This document shows positions 16,863 to 18,346 of a stretch of 18,346 nucleotides of DNA, in pieces (the first letter of the stretch is position 1; every line of letters starts with the position of its first letter). A program made the position numbers and the translations under genes. Source of the stretch: a virus (taxonomy: Duplodnaviria; Heunggongvirae; Uroviricota; Caudoviricetes); the IMG/VR virus record IMGVR_UViG_2531839178_000019, positions 1 through 18,346 of that record. One strand, written 5' to 3'. The notes below the pieces were generated by a model that saw only the letters and a program-made list of their open reading frames with translations, was not told where the DNA came from and ran no database searches.

Positions 16863-18083
16863 TGTAGATTCAATCTGTCAATGCAACACCCCTTTCAATT
16901 ATCTCTTTCGGTGTTTTGAACTTCAGTGTCTTTCTCGGTCTGTTGTTTAGCTGAGCAGCAACCAGATCTAGTTCATGTTGAGTATATTGGGCAAGACATG
17001 TCTTTTTAGGAAAGTACTGCCGAATTAGCCCATTTGTGTTCTCATTTGTTCCCCGCTGCCAAGGACTCTGAGGATCGCAGAAGTAAACTTTAACGCCGGT
17101 GCTGACAGTAAATTCTAGATGTCTGGCCAGTTCCATTCCTCTGTCCCATGTCAGCGATTTTCTGAGTTCTGACGGTAAACTCAGGAATTTGTCGGTAAGA
17201 GCCTGATTTACTGAGACAGTAATCTTTGCCCCTGAGTCTAAGGATGATCGTATAACGTGATTTTCGGTCTACAAGTGTGGCTATATGAGAGTTTTTGTAC
17301 CTGAGACTAAATCGCCCTCCCAATGCCCCAGAGAGCGTCTGTTATCGATATTTCGGGAACGTTCGTGAATTGGTGTTCCGTTCACTATGTTAATCGTACC
17401 TCTTTCGCCTTTGCGGGTATGACGCCTGCCATGGCGAAGGCTATGCGACCGTCGCAGATGCTGTATATTCAGGTGGTGTAGCGCTTCACGGCTACGAAAG
17501 TACAGCGTTTTATAAATTGTCTCAGGTGATATTCGCAGCGTTTTTTGACGTGGTTTTGTTCGCCTTAACCATCCTGATATTTGCTCTGGAGACCATTTCA
17601 TCTCCAGCTTTTCCAGAACAAGCTTTCGCAATGGTAAATTTTGATCCAGTAAGCACGGTTTTGGCCTTTTCGCCATTCTGTTGGCTCGGTTATTAGCATC
17701 AACAGCTTTGTAATAGCGTCTGCCCCGATTACGCTGAACTTCACGTGAGATCGTCGAAGGACTGCGATTCAGCGCAGTAGCTATCGCACGAATGCTCATT
17801 TTGGCTGACAAACCAGCTCGTATCTCCTCGCGCTCAGACAGTGTCAGGTGAGCTACAGCCCGCTTACGCTCATGGGGTTTTATGCCGCCAGTATCCCTTA
17901 ACATAGTGAAGATCGTTCCGGGTTTTGAACCCAGGATATTCGCTATTTCACTGAAGCCTGTTCCGTTCTTCCATAGTTCAAAAACAGAGGCTTTTTCCTC
18001 TGCTGTAAATGTTCGTCTCATTCAAAAAACCTCCGCGACCCCATGTTTTCACATAACTGTTGCGTTGACCAATTGAATCTACA
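16863..18083 (-). mobile_element. IS30, complete length (1221 bp) with imperfect ~25-bp terminal inverted repeats
   Basis: Termini TGTAGATTCAATCTGTCAATGCAAC (16863-16887) and reverse complement of 18059-18083, TGTAGATTCAATTGGTCAACGCAAC. Encodes an IS30-family DDE transposase on the minus strand. Confidence 0.9.
16870..18021 (-). pseudogene. insI: IS30 transposase, split into three ORFs by two compensating 1-bp indels
   Basis: ORFs 17281-18021 (MRRTFTAEEKASVFELWKNGTGF..., HTH), 17090-17323 (...NSHIATLVDRKSRYTIILRLRGKD...) and 16870-17136 (MELARHLEF...DPQSPWQRGTNENTNGLIRQYFPK...) together read as one IS30 transposase as recalled. Frame changes occur near the T5 run at 17292-17296 and near 17220. 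Confidence 0.8.
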
Positions 18084-18346
18084 GTTGCTTTTTTAATATA
18101 TCTCGCTCAAGGCGAGCTTCATTTAACGCCTTACGCAGTTGCAGAATTTCAGATTCCAGTTCAGCCACCGTGCGGGAGCCAGGGGTACCGAGCCCTTTTT
18201 CTGGCGGCGGTAACCCATTGTCCTAAAGTGCCTTCAGGAAGGGATAATCGGGAAGCGCCTTCACTGATCGAAAGTTGATTTTCAAGAACCGTTCTGACAG
18301 CTTCGGCTTTGAACTCTTTAGAGTAACGTTGGGTTTTTCTGCTCAT
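18084..18346 (-). mobile_element. Second IS600-like fragment (orfA 5' part) in inverted orientation, continuing beyond the window; orfA frameshifted
   Basis: Reverse complement of 18084-18346 is identical to 16600-16862 except for 3 substitutions and one extra A (A5 versus A4), which shifts the orfA frame after ...WVTAARK. The orfA ATG is at 18344-18346. Confidence 0.8.

Noticed and set aside
1-18346. CRISPR arrays, tRNA/rRNA genes, integrase or attachment site
   Set aside because: No regularly spaced direct repeats, no tRNA-like structures and no integrase-like ORF were seen; the window is almost entirely structural-gene coding sequence plus IS elements.

Overview
This window is the late (morphogenesis) region of a lambda-like prophage from an enterobacterium (E. 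coli/Shigella type), with every phage gene on the minus strand, followed at the right end by nested insertion sequences. Reading 5'->3' on the minus strand from the right: a ClpP-like protease/major capsid fusion gene whose 5' end is cut off by an IS600 copy, then a DUF2190-like gene, FII-like, Z, U, V, G/T (with -1 frameshift overlap), tape measure H, M, L, K, I, J, the lom outer-membrane moron, an Stf-like side tail fiber and a Tfa-like gene at the left edge. Hairpin plus U-tract terminators on the minus strand follow the capsid gene, V, J and lom. The right end (16536-18346) is a partial IS600 (+), a complete 1221-bp IS30 (-), and a second partial IS600 in inverted orientation running off the window. 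Nothing in the window looks like a new defence or accessory system; the content is a decaying prophage. The main observations are reading-frame breaks at homopolymer runs in H, the Tfa-like gene, the IS30 transposase and one IS600 copy (real pseudogenes or sequencing errors cannot be distinguished from sequence alone), the unusual IS600-IS30-inverted IS600 arrangement, a non-canonical G-T slippery site, and divergent receptor-binding ends on J and the side tail fiber. All homology calls are from recalled protein families, not database searches.
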